Below are positions 9,977-21,228 of a DNA stretch of 64,000 nucleotides, piece by piece. The position numbers were made by a program, and so were the translations under genes. The notes under the pieces were generated by a model. The model made no database searches. It was not told where the DNA came from and was given only the letters and a program-made list of their open reading frames with translations. Source of the stretch: a virus; IMG/VR virus record IMGVR_UViG_3300013137_002967, positions 22,113-86,112 of that record; one strand, 5' to 3'. Numbering within the stretch: the first letter of the stretch is position 1; each line of letters begins with the position of its first letter.

Positions 9977-9984
9977 CAAATTTA
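9977..9984 (-). promoter_or_regulatory. Bacteroidota-type -7 box (TAAATTTG) heading the TBDR-pnuC-nadR operon
   Basis: TAnnTTTG 23 nt upstream of the ATG. Confidence 0.7.
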
Positions 9985-9995
9985 GCAAAAATATA

Positions 9996-10358
9996 TTAAA
10001 CGGAATCTAATTTTTGTAATTTTTCTTTTCTTTCTTCTTTTATGGATTTACCAAAATCTTCACACCAAATTGGAGTTTTTTCACCCATAAAAGCATCTGC
10101 TACATTATAATAAAAATATTCAGTAGCATCTTCTTCATTTTCAATGTCTTTCATGAGAATTCCTATACATTTAGAAACAGAATATATTAATCTCAAAGAA
10201 GATGGTTCTACACCAATAACAGCATCATTAAAACCATCAGCAATTAAAAATTCTTCATCTGGGAAATTTTCTAAGATTTTGTCAAGCATATTATTTTTCG
10301 GTCTCGTGACCGCATTTACTACAAGCATAAAAATCTTTATACATACCTGGACATACAA
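9996..10358 (-). CDS. conserved phage hypothetical protein
   Basis: ADGFNDAVIG...IYSVSKCI...EYFYYN...GEKTP pattern common in phages; real start probably MLDKILE; ends RKEKLQKL. Confidence 0.65.
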   Translation of the reverse strand: MYVQVCIKIFMLVVNAVTRPKNNMLDKILENFPDEEFLIADGFNDAVIGVEPSSLRLIYSVSKCIGILMKDIENEEDATEYFYYNVADAFMGEKTPIWCEDFGKSIKEERKEKLQKLDSV

Positions 10359-10518
10359 TCATATATTCATGTTCACAACTATCTTGTATATCTTCTATTT
10401 GTTGTTCTATTCTACGTTGTTCGGCTTTACAATCATTTAAATCATTTACTAATGAAATTATTCTTTCATTATCATGTCCTTCATATTCTTTTTCGTGATT
10501 ATAAGTAATTTTTTTCAT
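10291..10518 (-). CDS. small coiled-coil/zinc-ribbon protein
   Basis: CEH...CSKCG C-terminus. Confidence 0.55.
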   Translation of the reverse strand: MKKITYNHEKEYEGHDNERIISLVNDLNDCKAEQRRIEQQIEDIQDSCEHEYMIVCPGMYKDFYACSKCGHETEK

Positions 10519-10525
10519 AGATTTT

Positions 10526-10732
10526 TTATCTTATAGTATTAGCGATACTATTAATTTTATCTGAGATTTCTTTTACAAAAGCATCATTTTCTTTTTTTGT
10601 GTCAAAAGTATTTATCTTTGTATTATACTTATCAACTAATTCGTTGATTTCTTTTACTTTTTCGTTGTTAGTTGGATCTTCGTACGTACCAAAATAACCT
10701 CTCTTACCTTGTTGTAAATAATATTCTTTCAT
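10526..10732 (-). CDS. hypothetical protein
   Basis: 68-aa ORF in an operon-like run. Confidence 0.5.
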   Translation of the reverse strand: MKEYYLQQGKRGYFGTYEDPTNNEKVKEINELVDKYNTKINTFDTKKENDAFVKEISDKINSIANTIR

Positions 10733-10734
10733 TT

Positions 10735-11178
10735 TTAATCTATTATTAGTTTACCTTTTAAATGATCATATTCGTGTTGAATAATAATAGCTAGTAAGTC
10801 TTTGTGTTCGACTAATCTAAGAACCCAATTTCTATCAAAATATCTAATTTGAATTTTTTCTTTTCTATTAACAGGAAATTGCATATCAGGAAAACTTAAA
10901 CAACCTTCTACAACTTGTAAAGATAGACCCTCCAATAAAATTTCAGGATTGATGAATGTTTCTCTAAATCCGTTAAAATTAACAATAAATAGATTAAGAT
11001 TATGTCCAACTTGTGGAGCGGCTAAACCTACTGCTTTTGGATGTAAATCCAATGTTTCAAACATATCATTTATTAATTGTTGTAAAAAAGTATTCTCTTT
11101 TTTGACATCAATATTTTTAGATCTTAATTTACTGGAATTTGTTTCACCATATTTTATGATATCCAATTCCATCATCAT
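10735..11178 (-). CDS. def: peptide deformylase
   Basis: GLAAPQVG, EGCLS and QHEYDH motifs. Confidence 0.95.
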   Translation of the reverse strand: MMMELDIIKYGETNSSKLRSKNIDVKKENTFLQQLINDMFETLDLHPKAVGLAAPQVGHNLNLFIVNFNGFRETFINPEILLEGLSLQVVEGCLSFPDMQFPVNRKEKIQIRYFDRNWVLRLVEHKDLLAIIIQHEYDHLKGKLIID

Positions 11179-11390
11179 TTATCTTTTTTTGATTTTTTCT
11201 TGGATTTAGATGGCTCTTTTTCTTCATTTTTTTCTTCCTTGGTCTGTTTCTCAACTTTATAAAAGTCTTTATATTCTGCTCTTGAGCAGTATTTCCAACC
11301 TTCGCCTAAAAGTCTTCTAATAAGAAGAAGTTCTTGAACATTTCCCTCTGGCATTTTTTTGAAATCATCACCTTTTCTCAAAATTTTCAT
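11175..11390 (-). CDS. small basic hypothetical protein
   Basis: 71 aa, GWKYC, Lys-rich tail; overlaps def start. Confidence 0.55.
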   Translation of the reverse strand: MKILRKGDDFKKMPEGNVQELLLIRRLLGEGWKYCSRAEYKDFYKVEKQTKEEKNEEKEPSKSKKKSKKDK

Positions 11391-11423
11391 TTTTGCGTCT
11401 TTATTTTTAATTTATATAATTTT

Positions 11424-11933
11424 TTATAACTCAAGTTTTTTAATTTTTTTTAATTTTAAAGCTCTAATTTCCCTTTTAGAGAATAATTTGAACTTTGTTT
11501 GAAGAATGATATGAGAAAAAATTCTATCTTCCATTAATTCTTCTTTTTGTTCTATTGTAAAGGTTTTTAAAAGTTCTTTTAATTCCATTTTTTCACTTTT
11601 AGTGAAATAAAAACCATCTTTATGATCATATGAAAGTTCAGTTAATACCCCGTAAATAGGCTCTTTATAAATATTGTAACCTTTAATTGGTAAGAGTTTT
11701 TTTATTGGTTCATCAAATTTTTTTGATACATAGAAAATAAAAGATGATAACATTTCTTTTAGAAAATCTATACCAACATATTCACCCAACGATCTACTAG
11801 ATGTATATTCGTTGAACCATTCTGTTGGATCAATATTTAACTTCAGACAAATTTTATCTATTTCTTTTATCTGTTTATTAGTCTTCTTACTAATCCAACT
11901 ATCAAATACATTTCTAAAAGTTTCCATCTTCAA
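11424..11933 (-). CDS. hypothetical protein with C-terminal RxxKLxxI motif
   Basis: Ends EIRALKLKKIKKLEL. Confidence 0.6.
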   Translation of the reverse strand: MKMETFRNVFDSWISKKTNKQIKEIDKICLKLNIDPTEWFNEYTSSRSLGEYVGIDFLKEMLSSFIFYVSKKFDEPIKKLLPIKGYNIYKEPIYGVLTELSYDHKDGFYFTKSEKMELKELLKTFTIEQKEELMEDRIFSHIILQTKFKLFSKREIRALKLKKIKKLEL

Positions 11934-12136
11934 TTTTTTTTAATTTTCTATATCTCAGTTCACTTATAGTAAAAAATAATCTTTAATAATGAAGAGAAGA
12001 AATGCCGAAAAAGAGGATCTGCATACTCGGTAGCGACTTTGCAAACTTTTCTGTCAATATAGTTTCTTCTGAAACCAACATTTCTTACTTTGTCACAAAG
12101 ATAATAAATGAAAATTAAAAAACAAATTTTAAAATG

Positions 12137-12164
12137 AAAAAAGGGCATCTCCCGATGCCCTTTT
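12137..12164 (-). terminator. intrinsic terminator
   Basis: aagggcatc-tccc-gatgccctt stem flanked by A and T tracts. Confidence 0.8.
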
Positions 12165-12229
12165 CAACAGCCACTAGAACAATTAGTTACTGGCCTTAAA
12201 AAATACCGAATCGTTACGAGTGCTCTCAT
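12164..12229 (-). other. short transcription unit: 21-aa peptide MRALVTIRYFLRPVTNCSSGC, or a small RNA
   Basis: Lies between the TTAATATATATTAA motif (12251-12264) and a strong terminator; GC-richer than its flanks. Confidence 0.4.
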
Positions 12230-12281
12230 ACTAAATTTGATTTGATTTTTTTAATATATATTAAAAAAATAATATAATTTT

Positions 12282-12659
12282 ATGAAAAATATTAGAAATT
12301 TTAACGAATTTGATCTTATAAAAGAAAATATTCTAGATGATGATGATGATGAAAATAAGTGGGAAGTTAGAATAAATGGTAAAACAGATTCTTATTGGGA
12401 ATATAAACACGATGCTATTGATGCAATTGTAGAAATTTTAGATACACAAGGTGATGAAGCTGGATTAGATGGTTACGAAGATCCAGAAGAAGAGTATGAA
12501 ATGTCAACAGGTGAAATTTGTGATATGTTGAGTGATTTAGATGAATCTGATTTTTATGATAAACTTGAAGAACTTATAGAATTTGTCGGATACGAAGAAG
12601 ATATTAAATTAATTAATATCGCTGACGAAGATGAAATAGAATTCTTAGATGAAGATTAA
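12282..12659 (+). CDS. highly acidic hypothetical protein with N-terminal tag motif
   Basis: Starts MKNIRNFNEF; very D/E-rich; TATATA motif upstream. Confidence 0.7.
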   Translation: MKNIRNFNEFDLIKENILDDDDDENKWEVRINGKTDSYWEYKHDAIDAIVEILDTQGDEAGLDGYEDPEEEYEMSTGEICDMLSDLDESDFYDKLEELIEFVGYEEDIKLINIADEDEIEFLDED

Positions 12660-12660
12660 A

Positions 12661-13374
12661 CTATAAATCTAAGCTAAATAAAGCTAAATCATATTTGATA
12701 GGATCTACAGGATCTAATTGACGTAAATGACTGGTAATTTCAACAACAGATTTCCAGTCATTTTGCTTTCTGGTGATAAATCCTAATTCTCTTGAAATGT
12801 TACCTACATGAACATCTAAAGGAATATAAAGATTTGCGGGATCTATTTTTTTCCAAATACCTAAATCTACATTATCTTTTCTTACCATCCATCTCAAAAA
12901 GAAATTTAATCTTTTAGCAGCAGAATTTTTATCTATATTGGATATGTGTCTTTCTGATCTCTTTTCGTGTGGTAAACTAAAAAATATATTCCAAAAATCT
13001 ATTAAACTTTCTTCAATGTTATTTGAAAATAGAAGTTCTAATCCGCCATTATTATAAATATGCTGTAGTGTATTAAGATAATATATCATATCAATATCAT
13101 TAATTGTTCGATGAACAAAACCTTTTATGTTAGAAAAATCACCTTTCATTAAAAAATAATAAGGAAGATTATTCATTCTTCTCATTAAATCATTTGCTTT
13201 ATTTATAATAATTTCTCTTTTACCAAATGCTAAAATAGAAGTAAGAAACGCAGATATTTCAATATCATCTTTCTTTAAGAATCTACGTGGAATCTGTATT
13301 GGATCCTTCATAACAAAACTAATAGAATTATTATGATTATATGCTTCATCCAGTTTATCTTTGAGAGATCTCAT
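12661..13374 (-). CDS. TIGR02757/DUF2400-like HhH-GPD family protein
   Basis: DPIQIP, AFGKR, SAAKRLNFFLRWMVR, IPLDVHV and DPIKYDLALF motifs. Confidence 0.85.
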   Translation of the reverse strand: MRSLKDKLDEAYNHNNSISFVMKDPIQIPRRFLKKDDIEISAFLTSILAFGKREIIINKANDLMRRMNNLPYYFLMKGDFSNIKGFVHRTINDIDMIYYLNTLQHIYNNGGLELLFSNNIEESLIDFWNIFFSLPHEKRSERHISNIDKNSAAKRLNFFLRWMVRKDNVDLGIWKKIDPANLYIPLDVHVGNISRELGFITRKQNDWKSVVEITSHLRQLDPVDPIKYDLALFSLDL

Positions 13375-13486
13375 TAATCTTTTTTATTTTTTGTTTTCTT
13401 TGATTGTAAATATCTGCATCTAAAATAATTTGAATTTTTTGCTTTATTTCATTTTAAATTTTTATATATACTAAAAAATAAGAAAA

Positions 13487-14104
13487 TTGATGAGACATAT
13501 AAAATTATTTGAATCAGAAAAAAACTACAAAGTTTTAGCAACTAATGATTCCTATTATAGTTGGGAATATGATAATAGTCATGCTCACGCTGCGATACTT
13601 TTAGATGAAAGTGATAATTCTCTATATTTGAAAATTACCAATACACATGTAAAAACTGGATTAGGTGCTGGTACTTTCCCAAAACCAGGTGAATTTGTTA
13701 GAATTGGAGATTTAAATAAAGCTAATTTAGCAATGGTTAGAGAATTATTAAAGAAACATCAATATGAACAAAGTAAATTTAAGAGATTTTGGGAAGATGA
13801 AGAAGGTAATAAAATGTCTCTAACTGATTTATTGAAAGAACTTAAACCACAAAAAACACCTTTAAAACATATTAAGCCTATTACATCATTTGAAGAGGTG
13901 CCAATAACTAAAAATATAGAATTAGTAAAATATTCTGATCGTGCTTATGCTCTTTTTGGTGAAGGTACAAGAAATATTAAAGATGATTTAATTGCATTAG
14001 GTTGTAGATATAATAAATTTTTGACAGATCCTTCAACAGGTCAAAAAAGGCCAGGTTGGATATTCCCAACAAGCAAATTAGATAAAATAAAAGAATTATT
14101 ATGA
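13487..14104 (+). CDS. hypothetical protein with C-terminal YSxxA...PGWIF domain
   Basis: Starts MRHIKLFES; C-terminal KYSDRAYALFG...YNKFL...PGWIF. Confidence 0.65.
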   Translation: MMRHIKLFESEKNYKVLATNDSYYSWEYDNSHAHAAILLDESDNSLYLKITNTHVKTGLGAGTFPKPGEFVRIGDLNKANLAMVRELLKKHQYEQSKFKRFWEDEEGNKMSLTDLLKELKPQKTPLKHIKPITSFEEVPITKNIELVKYSDRAYALFGEGTRNIKDDLIALGCRYNKFLTDPSTGQKRPGWIFPTSKLDKIKELL

Positions 14105-14322
14105 AAAATGGTGATATAATCAAATATAAATACGGTAGTGAAACTAATCAAGAATTCGTTGTTATTATTTCAGTCGAAACTATGAATGGTATTATAATAT
14201 TTGATAATATAATTGGTGGTGCTGTTGGAGATACCACAATAGGTTATAGTTTAGATGATTATGAACAAACGACTTATATAGAATTTGCCAATTTTCTAAA
14301 ATATAATAATATTAATATTTAA
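14101..14322 (+). CDS. hypothetical protein
   Basis: 73-aa ORF overlapping the upstream stop. Confidence 0.5.
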   Translation: MKNGDIIKYKYGSETNQEFVVIISVETMNGIIIFDNIIGGAVGDTTIGYSLDDYEQTTYIEFANFLKYNNINI

Positions 14323-14327
14323 AAAAG

Positions 14328-14357
14328 AAAAAGCCTCTATTTTAAGAGGCTTTTTTT
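14328..14357. terminator. bidirectional intrinsic terminator
   Basis: aaaaagcctct...agaggcttttt between convergent genes. Confidence 0.8.
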
Positions 14358-14379
14358 AGTAGACAGACAGAGGAAAAGT

Positions 14380-15555
14380 TTAATACCTTTCATATAAATC
14401 ATATCTTTCAACACCAGTTGAAACTATTGTAATTTTAATTCCAACTTCTTTTTCAATAAATAGTATAAATTCTTCTAACGGTACTTTATTATCTTTTGTG
14501 TTCCAGCCTTTGAATTTTTTATAGATAGGTTTTGGATCTTTAATATAGATAGTATTATCAAAATTGTAGTATGAATACTCTTCTGATTCATCTAACGCAT
14601 TATATCCTATGCAAATTTTTACTTCATCAAAGTCATTCAAAACATCTGCTTTTGTCATTATAAGTTCCGTCACACCATTTATCATACAGGCGTATTTCAG
14701 GGCTGGAATATCTAACCAGCCACATCTTCTAGCTCTACCTGTTGTAGCACCATACTCACTACCTATGTCACGAATTTTTTCTCCAATTTTACCTTTAATT
14801 TCAGTTGCAAAAGGTCCATTACCTACTCTAGTCATGTAAGCCTTGAAAACACCATATACTTTTCTGATATTTTGATGAGAAACACCAAGTCCGGTCATAA
14901 CTCCACCAATAGTAGAATTTGAACTACTTACATATGGATAAGTACCAAAATCAATATCTAGAAGTGTTCCTTGTGCACCTTCAGCAAGAATTTCCAAATT
15001 CTTATCATTTAGAAAATACTCTACACTAGAAATTTTTAAGGATGTTAAATATTCAAGAGATTCTTTAAAATCTTTTATATCGTTACTGATACCTAGTGAT
15101 TCTATATAATCTTCATTAATATCACAAATTCTGAGACCTGTTCTTTCAACTTTACTTTTATAACAAGGACCTATTCCTTTACCGGTTGTTCCTATTTTTA
15201 GCTTTTTTTCTTTTTCTTTATCTTCAAATATATGATAAGGTGTAACTAAATGTGCATACTTTGATATATAAAGATTACTCTTAACATCTATACCGTCTTT
15301 TTCTAAATTTTCAATTTCTTCTTTCAAAGTAATTGGATTAACTACAACACCATTACCTATAATACATTTCTTACCATAGAAAATACCAGATGGTATCAGA
15401 TGCAATACATAATTTTTATTATTATGAAATATGGAATGTCCAGCATTTGCACCACCATTAAATCTAGCTACCGAATCATAATTAGAGGCAATGTAGTCTA
15501 TTATTTTTCCTTTTCCTTCATCGCCAAATTGAATACCCATTAAAACATCTATCAT
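14380..15555 (-). CDS. purA: adenylosuccinate synthetase
   Basis: QFGDEGKGK, GGANAGH, IGTTGKGIGP, EGAQG and EYGATTGRARRCGW motifs. Confidence 0.97.
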   Translation of the reverse strand: MIDVLMGIQFGDEGKGKIIDYIASNYDSVARFNGGANAGHSIFHNNKNYVLHLIPSGIFYGKKCIIGNGVVVNPITLKEEIENLEKDGIDVKSNLYISKYAHLVTPYHIFEDKEKEKKLKIGTTGKGIGPCYKSKVERTGLRICDINEDYIESLGISNDIKDFKESLEYLTSLKISSVEYFLNDKNLEILAEGAQGTLLDIDFGTYPYVSSSNSTIGGVMTGLGVSHQNIRKVYGVFKAYMTRVGNGPFATEIKGKIGEKIRDIGSEYGATTGRARRCGWLDIPALKYACMINGVTELIMTKADVLNDFDEVKICIGYNALDESEEYSYYNFDNTIYIKDPKPIYKKFKGWNTKDNKVPLEEFILFIEKEVGIKITIVSTGVERYDLYERY

Positions 15556-15710
15556 GATATAAAATTATTTTTAATACAGGTTTTATATATAATAAAAATA
15601 TCTAAGTTTTTAATATTAAAAAATAATATATACTAAAAAAGTAAAAGTATAATGTTGGATATGCAACAGCTGAAACAACATTATCAGCAGGTTAAAAATA
15701 AATCGTTAGT

Positions 15711-17642
15711 ATGATTAGCTCAAATAGAAATTTAGAAGTTCCAATGCTTTTATGGGATTGGAATGCTTCTAAATGGATCAATTTTAAATTAAAAATAGGA
15801 GTTTATCAAAATATATTTACATTTTTTAATGATAATAGTATTTCCTTTGTAACATCCATACCTTTAGATTATTCTAAAATACCGAAGGAATTATACGGAA
15901 ATGGTATGTGTAAAAATCTATTAGAATATGTTGATAGAAATAATAATGACTTGATAGTTAAATTCTTAAATTATTTTATTGTTTCTTTGTTACAAATAAA
16001 AAATACAAATGGAAATAAATTAAATTACAATTTTTCGGAATCATCATCTTGGAAAGACTCTACTTTTGAAGTTTACGATAATTTTACACCACTAAAAAAT
16101 ACAGAAGTTATATCTGAACCTAAAATCATATTGACACAACCCAAGCCTAAATTTAAGAATAAGCCTAAATCTAGACCTACTGTGTCTACAATAACAACAA
16201 CGGAAAAAATAGTTGTGACTACTTCTACAACATTAACACCACCAGCATTTATAAGAAATGCTCCAATAGAAGAAAATGAAATGATATTTTGGAATTGGAG
16301 TGCTTCAAAGTGGATTAATTGTAAAATTAGAGTTAGTGTATATGAGAATATATTAACATTTTTAAATATTAATAATATGAGTTATGTTGCCGAAATGCAG
16401 ATAGACTTTAGCAAGATACCAGATAATTTGCGAGGTAGTGGTAGTAGCAAAAATTTAATAACATATCTTGATAATAATATTAGAAATAATTCTTTGATAG
16501 TTAAATTTTTAAATTATTTTATAATATCAATATTACAAATTCAGTATAATAATGGAAATAAGATAAATTTAAAAATCTCAGAATCTTATAACTGGAAAAA
16601 CTCATCAATAGAGGTATTAGGTGGATTTTTTATACCAACTTCAGAATCAACTGATATTATTAGTATAGTTACACCTCTAACAACACTTCCACCAGTTTCT
16701 TCTCTAACTACTACCACTACAACTAAATTGAAAGTAACTACTACAACCACATTACCACAAATAATAACCACAACTACAACTACAATAAAAGTTAAGCCAT
16801 CCGAAAATTTACCTATGATGTTGTGGAATTGGAATTCGTCCGGATGGAATAATTTTAGTTGTACTGTTGGTGTATATAATAATTTTCTTGATTTTCTAGC
16901 AAAAAATAATATCTATTACATTGCTGAAATGCTAATAGATTTCAATAACGTTCCAGAAGAATTAAGAGGTAGTGGTAATAGTAAAAATTTAATAATGTAT
17001 CTCAACAACAATGTTAAGAATAATTCATTAATTATGAGTTTTTTAAATTATTTTATAGATTCTCTGGCAAAAATTAAACATGCATCAGGAAATAAAATAA
17101 GTTTTAATTTTGTAGATGCATTCTGGAAAAATGCAACATTTGAAGTTTATAGTGGCTATGCACCACAAAGAGTTATTAAAGAATCTACTATACTTGTGCC
17201 TAAATTTAAACCAGCACCAATCGCACCAAGAATAAAAGCACCAATCTTATCTATACCGAAATCTATTAATTCAACAACTACAACCACCTTAATAACCAAG
17301 AAAGAGAAAACACAAACCGTTGTACCTGAGGTAAGACCTATTATGGTACCAAAAGTTGTTACCACAATAACTACAAGAATTGAAGAGACAACCACCACAA
17401 CTACAACACTTGCAAATTGTAAAAATATAAGATTAAAATTTAATGCATTTAATAGCAGGAACGCATGTTTCGCATTAGATAGTGAATATTGTATTGATAC
17501 TGATGAATTTATTTATGCTAGTGTGATATATTATGTTGGTACTAGTTGTACATCATTTGCACAAAATGGTTTTTATAGTGATGGTGTTTATTGCAGAGAA
17601 TGGAATGGTGTGACTTTATCCGAACCAATTTTATGTGAATAA
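15711..17642 (+). CDS. probable virion protein: three copies of a ~115-aa domain with Thr/Pro-rich linkers and a Cys-rich C-terminal module
   Basis: Repeats W.WN.S.W.N...VY.N...L.G.G..KNL..Y...FLNYFI...WK; poly-Thr tracts. Confidence 0.75.
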   Translation: MISSNRNLEVPMLLWDWNASKWINFKLKIGVYQNIFTFFNDNSISFVTSIPLDYSKIPKELYGNGMCKNLLEYVDRNNNDLIVKFLNYFIVSLLQIKNTNGNKLNYNFSESSSWKDSTFEVYDNFTPLKNTEVISEPKIILTQPKPKFKNKPKSRPTVSTITTTEKIVVTTSTTLTPPAFIRNAPIEENEMIFWNWSASKWINCKIRVSVYENILTFLNINNMSYVAEMQIDFSKIPDNLRGSGSSKNLITYLDNNIRNNSLIVKFLNYFIISILQIQYNNGNKINLKISESYNWKNSSIEVLGGFFIPTSESTDIISIVTPLTTLPPVSSLTTTTTTKLKVTTTTTLPQIITTTTTTIKVKPSENLPMMLWNWNSSGWNNFSCTVGVYNNFLDFLAKNNIYYIAEMLIDFNNVPEELRGSGNSKNLIMYLNNNVKNNSLIMSFLNYFIDSLAKIKHASGNKISFNFVDAFWKNATFEVYSGYAPQRVIKESTILVPKFKPAPIAPRIKAPILSIPKSINSTTTTTLITKKEKTQTVVPEVRPIMVPKVVTTITTRIEETTTTTTTLANCKNIRLKFNAFNSRNACFALDSEYCIDTDEFIYASVIYYVGTSCTSFAQNGFYSDGVYCREWNGVTLSEPILCE

Positions 17643-17700
17643 TTGATCATTATTTTTCATTTATTATTTTTTATATATAGAAAAAAATAATAATATAATA

Positions 17701-18192
17701 ATGATTGTTTCTGATTTTGAAGATGGAGTACCAGCAAAATTTTGGTATTCTTCCTATTGGATAAATTTTAAATTAAAATTAGGCCAATATGACAATTTTC
17801 TTACCTTTTTAGAGATTCACCAACTCTCATTTTTAGCTGAGATGGAACTAGATTTTTCTACAATTCCCACATCTTTACATGGTCAAGGCACAAGTGAAAA
17901 TTTATTACAATATATTGCTAATAATACTAGCAATAGTAGTTTAATACTAAATTTTATTAATTACTTTATCTTAACAATCGTGGATTTTAGATATAGTACT
18001 GGTAAAAAATTAAAATATTCCTTTGGTAGTTGTTCAACTTGGCAAGATTGTGCAATTGATATCAAAAGTTCATATTCACCAACCACAAGCACCACTACAA
18101 CGACTCTTGCACCTACAACTACATTATCTCCAACTACAACACCAATGGCACCTCTTTTCATGGAGGTCTTTGGACAATTATATAATTTCTAA
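17701..18192 (+). CDS. single-domain paralog of the 15711 repeat, with Thr-rich tail
   Basis: WINFKLKLGQYDNFLTFL...LHGQGTSENLLQY...FINYFI. Confidence 0.75.
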   Translation: MIVSDFEDGVPAKFWYSSYWINFKLKLGQYDNFLTFLEIHQLSFLAEMELDFSTIPTSLHGQGTSENLLQYIANNTSNSSLILNFINYFILTIVDFRYSTGKKLKYSFGSCSTWQDCAIDIKSSYSPTTSTTTTTLAPTTTLSPTTTPMAPLFMEVFGQLYNF

Positions 18193-18195
18193 TAA

Positions 18196-19699
<1,504 letters not shown>

Positions 19700-19712
19700 A
19701 TTATTTAATTTA

Positions 19713-20390
19713 TTATATTTTAACACTTTCTTGATCAACATCTTCTTGATGTGCATCATTCTTTATTTTTCCTAAAGTTTTTAACTTTAAATATCTGAAA
19801 TTGAAAGACGCATCAATAATATCTAGCTGTGCTTGTTTTGATGTTTTTTTGGTTTCTTTTAGAAAATTATAGTTATCTCTACAAACATTGACATTATATT
19901 CAAGACTTTTAATAGTCTTTATAAAATCATCATTAAGATATTCTGAATCATTAAACATATCAACAATAGATTTTATATTTGACGATAGTATTTTATTTGA
20001 TTCATTAAAATCATTTTCAGCTTTATCGATGTGATATTTAGATACAATATTATCTATTGAATAGTAATATCTATTTCTATGATGAAAAATTTTATTTTTT
20101 ATTTCCGGATCTAAATTTTCTTTCAATTCTTTACCTAAAGGTAACAAAATTTTATCACTATGTATTTCAAATGATACATCTGAAGATAAATCACTTTCAG
20201 TAATTTGAGAAATTTGTTTTTCTAGTGATTTAATATTTTTTCTTTTAGATACTTTAGATAAGTCCTGTGTGAACATAAACCAGGAACCACCATTATACCA
20301 ATTATAATTGGTATAATTATAATAGTAAATTCCTAAAATTGGATGAACCAATCTAATTGCATATTCTCTTATTAATTTAACTCTTGGCAT
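19713..20390 (-). CDS. hypothetical protein with RxxKLxxL motif near the C-terminus
   Basis: 225-aa ORF, FRYLKLKTL. Confidence 0.6.
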   Translation of the reverse strand: MPRVKLIREYAIRLVHPILGIYYYNYTNYNWYNGGSWFMFTQDLSKVSKRKNIKSLEKQISQITESDLSSDVSFEIHSDKILLPLGKELKENLDPEIKNKIFHHRNRYYYSIDNIVSKYHIDKAENDFNESNKILSSNIKSIVDMFNDSEYLNDDFIKTIKSLEYNVNVCRDNYNFLKETKKTSKQAQLDIIDASFNFRYLKLKTLGKIKNDAHQEDVDQESVKI

Positions 20391-20444
20391 TTTCTATTTC
20401 ATTTTTAATTTACTCTTGAATTAAGTCTTTAAATTCTTCACTAT

Positions 20445-21200
20445 TCATATAGATAATGTATAAAAATCTTCTTTCGTATTTAGTATATCACAAAAAACTA
20501 CACTTGTTGAATCATTCTTTTTAAAAATTTTAATCTCATCAGTAGCTGTGTGTCCAACAATCTGATGCATATTTTTTAATGGCTTTTTAGACATTAATTG
20601 TTTATCACACCATAAAGGTCCACCAACCCTTTTATTACCATCACGATACCAATCTACATCAAATAAACAAGGTATTCTATGAAGAAATGCTTCATTAAGT
20701 TGTTCAGCAACAGACATGTTTTCCATATTCATATCTTTTATTACTTTTGTAAAAACAAAATGATACCATCCGAAGTGAACACCCGCATGTGAAAAGAGAT
20801 AATTTTTGTACTGGTATGCTAATTGAAATTTTTCAACATTTCTATTAAATATTTCAAAAAGATCATAATGAGCCTCAGTTCTAAATCCTCTGATTGGTAT
20901 TTCACCTTTTATCCAAGGCAGATTTCTCCAATATTCCACATCATGATTACCCCAAAGTAAAACAACATTATCAGGATATAAAGTTTTAAATCTAATTAAT
21001 TCTAATAGATTTTCTCTTATCGTAATATTAGTTTCGGTAAAAGAATCGACGTAATCGCCAAGGAATATATATTTATTTTGTTCAGGTATAAATGTACCAA
21101 AGCCTGCTGCATCAGGTTCAGCGCTTAAAAGAAATCCAATATCAGCAAATTTTTTCCAGCAAGTACGGCCGTGAATATCTCCAATTGTCAGAATTTTCAT
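20445..21200 (-). CDS. calcineurin-like metallophosphoesterase
   Basis: GDIHG, GDYVD, GNHD, HAG and GHT motifs; TATATTTG box at 21217-21224. Confidence 0.9.
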   Translation of the reverse strand: MKILTIGDIHGRTCWKKFADIGFLLSAEPDAAGFGTFIPEQNKYIFLGDYVDSFTETNITIRENLLELIRFKTLYPDNVVLLWGNHDVEYWRNLPWIKGEIPIRGFRTEAHYDLFEIFNRNVEKFQLAYQYKNYLFSHAGVHFGWYHFVFTKVIKDMNMENMSVAEQLNEAFLHRIPCLFDVDWYRDGNKRVGGPLWCDKQLMSKKPLKNMHQIVGHTATDEIKIFKKNDSTSVVFCDILNTKEDFYTLSI

Positions 21201-21228
21201 AATTTTTATATTTTCACAAATATAAAGA

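Noticed and set aside
9954-9995. TPP or NAD riboswitch upstream of the TonB receptor
   Set aside because: The promoter box is only 23 nt from the start codon, leaving no room for an aptamer
11960-12148. Track ORF of 62 aa
   Set aside because: Starts inside a terminator hairpin and spans a promoter box
16586-18161. Val-rich minus-strand ORFs
   Set aside because: Reverse-complement reading of the Thr-rich linkers
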